A stretch of 64,000 bases of DNA. Origin: Cognatiyoonia sp. GTDB taxonomy: Bacteria; Pseudomonadota; Alphaproteobacteria; Rhodobacterales; Rhodobacteraceae. Where the stretch lies: positions 23,681 to 87,680 of the forward strand of contig NZ_CBFIEO010000009.1 of assembly GCF_965661665.1 (NCBI RefSeq). The letters are read 5' to 3'. Positions 60,174 through 64,000 of this stretch are shown here, piece by piece (position 1 is the stretch's first letter; each line of letters opens with the position of its first letter). The position numbers were made by a program, and so were the translations under genes. The notes beneath the pieces are model-generated. The model did not search any database. It was not told where the DNA came from and was given only the letters and a program-made list of their open reading frames with translations.

Positions 60174-62075
60174 ATGAAGCGCACGCTTGGCGTTTGTTAC
60201 TACCCAGAACACTGGCCCGAGGAGCAATGGGCGGAGGACGCGCGCCGGATGGCGGAGGCGGGCCTGAGCTGGGTGCGGATCGGGGAGTTCGCGTGGCAGC
60301 GGATGGAGCCATCGCGCGGCACGTTCACGTGGGACTGGCTTGATCGGGCAATTGCGACGTTGGGCGCGGCAGGCCTGAAAATCATTCTTGGCACGCCGAC
60401 AGCCACGCCACCGCGGTGGTTGGTGGACGAAATGCCCGAAATGTTGCCTGTGGATACGGAAGGGCGCGAGCGCAAATTCGGATCGCGTAGGCACTATGAC
60501 TTTGGTCATCAGGGCTACCGCGAAGAATGCCGCCGGATCGCGCGCATAATGGGTGAGCGATATGGAACAAACCCACATATCGCCGCCTGGCAGATCGACA
60601 ACGAATATGACTGCCATGACACAACACTGAGCTATTCCGATGTGGCCCTGAAGGGCTTCCGCGATTGGCTGGCACAGCGATATCAGTCGACCGATACGCT
60701 CAACCGCGCGTGGGGCAATGTGTTTTGGTCGATGGATTATGACAGCTTTGATCAAGTAGAGTTGCCAAACCTCACAGTGACGGAGCCGAACCCCGCGCAT
60801 GTCCTGGCCTTCCGGCGCTATAGCTCGGATCAGGTGGTGGCATTCAATCGGGCTCAGGTGGATGAGTTGCGCAAGCACACCGATGCGCCGCTTATCCACA
60901 ACTACATGGGCCGGATCACGACGTTTGATCATTGGGCGGTTGCCGACGACCTCGATATCGCGTCATGGGACAGCTACCCGATCGGGTTCCTGAGCGACCG
61001 GATCGAAGGTACGCCGGAGCAGAAGCAATATTTCCTCCGGCAAGGCCACCCTGACAATCAAGCGTTTCATCATGACCTGTATCGCGCGGTTGGCAAAGGC
61101 CGGCTTTGGGTGATGGAGCAACAGCCGGGCCCTGTGAACTGGGCGCCTTACAACCCTGCCCCGCTGCCCGGCATGGCGCGGCTTTGGGCGTGGGAGGCGT
61201 TTGCCCATGGGGCGGAGACGGTGTGCTATTTCCGCTGGCGGCAGGCCCCGTTTGCGCAGGAGCAGATGCACGCGGGCCTTTTGCGCCCTGACAGCAAAGA
61301 CGCGCCTGCCTTGGCGGAAGCGTCGCAAGTGGCAGCTGAGATTGAGGGGTTGCCAGATGTCGGCACCGCACAATCGCCCGTGGCGCTGGTGTTTGATTAT
61401 GAGAGCGCCTGGGCGTGGGATACGCAGCCGCAGGGTGCCGATTTCGATATGTTCCGACTTGGGTTTGCGGCCTATGGTGCGTTACGGAAGCTGGGTTTGA
61501 GCGTGGACATAATCCGGCCCGATACGAACGATGTGTCCGCCTATAAGGCCGTCCTTGCGCCCGGGATCATGCAGTTGAGCGATGAATTGCGCGGGGCGTT
61601 GGAGACTTACCAAGGGGTGGCGTTGGTTGGACCCCGGACCGACACGAAGACCGCCGAACTGACCATTCCGACGCCGATGGGGCCGAACCTGCCCGGTGTC
61701 GACACGACCGTTGTTTTGACCGAAAGCGTGCCACCAACCGATACCATCACGCTCGCAAACGGCGGGTCGTTCCGGCATTGGTTTGAGCATTTGGAGGGGG
61801 CGGCTGAGGTCAGAGCCTGGACCGTCAGCGGGCATCCCGCCATCGTTGGAACTGACAACCTGCGTTATCTGGCCGGTTGGCCCGAGGATGAGACGTATCT
61901 GGACCTGCTGCGTGACTTAATGGCGGAAGCGGGCGTTGAAACATACGACCTGCCACGCGGCGTGCGGATCAGGGACACGGCAACCCATCGCTTTGTTTTC
62001 AACTACGCGCCGGAACCGCAAGAGTGGAATGGCACCGTGATTGAGCCCGCAGGCGTCCATTGGGAAGCGCGATGA
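60174..62075 (+). CDS. Beta-galactosidase, glycoside hydrolase family 42
   Basis: 633 aa. It has CYYPEHWPEEQWAEDARRMAEAGLSWVRIGEFAWQRMEP, WQIDNEY (acid/base Glu) and LWVMEQQPG (nucleophile Glu). Confidence 0.88.
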   Translation: MKRTLGVCYYPEHWPEEQWAEDARRMAEAGLSWVRIGEFAWQRMEPSRGTFTWDWLDRAIATLGAAGLKIILGTPTATPPRWLVDEMPEMLPVDTEGRERKFGSRRHYDFGHQGYREECRRIARIMGERYGTNPHIAAWQIDNEYDCHDTTLSYSDVALKGFRDWLAQRYQSTDTLNRAWGNVFWSMDYDSFDQVELPNLTVTEPNPAHVLAFRRYSSDQVVAFNRAQVDELRKHTDAPLIHNYMGRITTFDHWAVADDLDIASWDSYPIGFLSDRIEGTPEQKQYFLRQGHPDNQAFHHDLYRAVGKGRLWVMEQQPGPVNWAPYNPAPLPGMARLWAWEAFAHGAETVCYFRWRQAPFAQEQMHAGLLRPDSKDAPALAEASQVAAEIEGLPDVGTAQSPVALVFDYESAWAWDTQPQGADFDMFRLGFAAYGALRKLGLSVDIIRPDTNDVSAYKAVLAPGIMQLSDELRGALETYQGVALVGPRTDTKTAELTIPTPMGPNLPGVDTTVVLTESVPPTDTITLANGGSFRHWFEHLEGAAEVRAWTVSGHPAIVGTDNLRYLAGWPEDETYLDLLRDLMAEAGVETYDLPRGVRIRDTATHRFVFNYAPEPQEWNGTVIEPAGVHWEAR

Positions 62076-63040
62076 TAGAGCCGTTTGGAACGACCGTCAC
62101 AGGTCAAGCGGTCGAGAAGATCACACTCTGCGCGGGTGATCTGACGGCCAGCATCCTAACATGGGGTGCGGTGGTGCAGGACGTGCGGCTGAAAGGGGTC
62201 GCGTATCCACTGACGCTCGGCTCCGATGATCTGGCTGATTATGAGGACGCGCTGCGCTATCACGGATCGCTCATTGGGCCGCTGGCAAACCGGACCTTCC
62301 CTGCGCGGGTCGAAATTGACGGCATGATGTATGAGTTGGAACGAAACGCGGGCGATGTGCATTTGCACGCCGGGCGAGACGCGACGCAGCTTCAGGTTTG
62401 GGACGTGGTTGAAGTGTCGGAGAATGCGGTCACCCTGACCTGCCACCTGGTCGATGGACAGGCCGGATTGCCGGGCAATCGGGACATCACCGTGGTTTAT
62501 GAAGTGTCGGCGCCCGCAACCCTGTCGATGCGGATTGACGGGGTGACCGATGCGCCAACATTGATGAATTTCGCCAACCACAGCTACTGGAACCTTGATG
62601 GCATGGCGACATGGGCGGGGCATCACTTACACGTTCATGCAGATCACTACCTGCAATTGGCCGAAGATTTGATCCCCACGGGTGAGATTGAAGCGGCCGC
62701 AGGTGGGCCACTCGATTTTAGTCAAGCTACTAAAATATATCCGCAAAAACCTGAAATAGACAATAACTTTTGCCTGTCAGACCAGCGTACCGCTGTGCGG
62801 GACGCGCTGAAATTGACAGGAACGTCTGGCGTCACGATGACCGTTGCGACGGATCAGACAGGCATTCAGGTCTATGACAATCGCTCCCCTGCGCGGCCAG
62901 GCAAACAAGTCTATGAAGGTCTGGCGATTGAGGCGCAAAGCTGGCCCAACGCGCCGCACAACAGCGGCTTCCCGTCGATCCGCGTCACGCCTGATGCACC
63001 TTATGTCCAAGAAACCGAGTGGCGGTTCAGCAAGGGCTAG
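62072..63040 (+). CDS. galM: Aldose 1-epimerase (galactose mutarotase)
   Basis: 322 aa from ATG 62072 (ATGA overlap). It has GSLIGPLANR, HLHAG, NFANHSYWNL and LAIEAQSWPNAP. Confidence 0.75.
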   Translation: MIEPFGTTVTGQAVEKITLCAGDLTASILTWGAVVQDVRLKGVAYPLTLGSDDLADYEDALRYHGSLIGPLANRTFPARVEIDGMMYELERNAGDVHLHAGRDATQLQVWDVVEVSENAVTLTCHLVDGQAGLPGNRDITVVYEVSAPATLSMRIDGVTDAPTLMNFANHSYWNLDGMATWAGHHLHVHADHYLQLAEDLIPTGEIEAAAGGPLDFSQATKIYPQKPEIDNNFCLSDQRTAVRDALKLTGTSGVTMTVATDQTGIQVYDNRSPARPGKQVYEGLAIEAQSWPNAPHNSGFPSIRVTPDAPYVQETEWRFSKG

Positions 63041-63384
63041 CTGCCGCGATAGGTCGAATATCCGAAGGGTGAAAGCAGCAGCGGCACGTGGTAATGGCTG
63101 TCTGAGTCATCAATGCCGAAACGGATCGGGATGTGGGTGAGGAAGGGATGATCAGAGGTGGAGCTGTGATATGCGCCAGCCTCAAACACCAGTTCATACT
63201 CCCCAACAGAAAAATCATCTTTTGGCAGGATTGGCGTGTCGGTGCGGCCATCGTCATTGGTAATCCGTTCGGCAAGTTTAGCTCGCGTATCACCCTCCCA
63301 CTTATAAAGGGTGATCTTCAGCCCGGCGGCAGGGAGGCCCTTGGCTGTATCAAGCACGTGTGTCGTCAGAAATCCGTTTGCCAT
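63037..63384 (-). CDS. uraH: 5-hydroxyisourate hydrolase (transthyretin-like)
   Basis: 115 aa. LTTHVLDTAKGLPAAGL...YHVPLLLSPFGYSTYRGS is the C-terminal HIUase signature. Confidence 0.88.
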   Translation of the reverse strand: MANGFLTTHVLDTAKGLPAAGLKITLYKWEGDTRAKLAERITNDDGRTDTPILPKDDFSVGEYELVFEAGAYHSSTSDHPFLTHIPIRFGIDDSDSHYHVPLLLSPFGYSTYRGS

Positions 63385-63420
63385 GTGTCGTCTCGCATCC
63401 GTTGTTGAGCCAAAGCTAGC

Positions 63421-64000
63421 CTAAGTCGCATCCTCAGGCGATCCCCAACCGCCCCCGCCAGGTGTTTCGAGGATGAAGGTGCTCCCTACAGGTAAATCGA
63501 TCTCATCATTGCTCTTCAGAGTTTGGGTTGTGCCATCAGGCAGTCTGACCCAGTTGCGCCCGACCGCGCCAGGCTGGCCACCCTCAACACCATAGGGTGG
63601 GATGATGCGGTGGGAGCAGAGCGTGGTGACGGTCACGGGGTTGAGGAATGTCATTTCGCGCACCGTGCCATGGCCGCCACGCCACCGCCCTGCACCGCCT
63701 GATCCATCGCGAATGCGGAAGGTGTCGAGCCGGACAGGGAAGCGTTTTTCCAATATCTCAGGATCGGTCATGCGGGTGTTGGTCATGTGGGACTGCACGG
63801 CGTCACAGCCGTCAAACCCCGGTCCGGCGCCTGTTCCGCCTGCGATCGTTTCGTAGTTTTGAAAGCGGTCGTTGCCCCAGATGAAATTATTCATCGTGGC
63901 TTGGCTGCACGCCAGCACGCCCAGCGCGCCGATGAGGGCATTGCAAGCGGCTTGGCTGACTTCCGTATTGCCCGCGATCACGGCTGCGGGATAGCTCGGG
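63421..64000 (-). CDS. Hydantoinase B/oxoprolinase family protein, C-terminal part (5' end beyond the window)
   Basis: SQATMNNFIWGNDRFQNYETIAGGTGAGPGFDGCDAVQSHMTNTRMTDPEILEKRFPV...GGAGRWRGGHG...PGGGGWG is typical of HyuB. The frame is open to the window edge. Confidence 0.82.
   Translation of the reverse strand, partial: PSYPAAVIAGNTEVSQAACNALIGALGVLACSQATMNNFIWGNDRFQNYETIAGGTGAGPGFDGCDAVQSHMTNTRMTDPEILEKRFPVRLDTFRIRDGSGGAGRWRGGHGTVREMTFLNPVTVTTLCSHRIIPPYGVEGGQPGAVGRNWVRLPDGTTQTLKSNDEIDLPVGSTFILETPGGGGWGSPEDAT

Overview
This is a GC-rich (about 60% by eye) chromosomal segment. Its gene content and synteny match a marine Rhodobacteraceae (Roseobacter-group alphaproteobacterium).

Layout:
- 1-13 kb: a minus-strand housekeeping block. 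It holds rpsA (partial), cmk, aroA, trmB, metK with a SAM/SAH-type riboswitch leader, lnt, corC-ybeY-phoH and miaB.
- 13-18 kb: irr, then fabA ... fabB-fabI. The fab cluster is interrupted by rpiB and two decayed genes.
- 18-33 kb: assorted enzymes and transporters, tRNA-Arg(UCU) and uvrB.
- 33.7-50.4 kb: a complete taurine dissimilation and sulfite-handling supercluster (tauABC, tpa, tauR, xsc, tauE, pta, ackA, a second tauE, soeABC).
- 50.4-63 kb: an IclR-linked galactoside ABC uptake system with GH36 alpha-galactosidase, GH42 beta-galactosidase, mutarotase and De Ley-Doudoroff genes. Hydroxyisourate hydrolase and a partial hydantoinase B follow.

I saw no CRISPR array, transposase, integrase, prophage or recognisable defence island. 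I cannot honestly nominate a new multi-gene system.

The most unusual signal is gene decay confined to 0.9-22 kb. Six accessory genes there are dead, and most lesions are in-frame nonsense codons with the reading frame preserved:
- five stops in one endonuclease/exonuclease/phosphatase (EEP) gene;
- three in an OmpA-like lipoprotein gene, one at a Trp conserved in its neighbouring paralog;
- one each in two other genes.
Against these there are only three frameshifts and one truncation.

Secondary observations:
- an exact 11-bp-period GTACA repeat at the truncation junction;
- 23-bp-spaced direct repeats in both taurine promoters (candidate TauR operators);
- a membrane-anchored NYN RNase-domain protein;
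- a short acetate kinase with FETAFH in place of FDTAFH.

All protein calls rest on motif recognition by eye. No database search was run.
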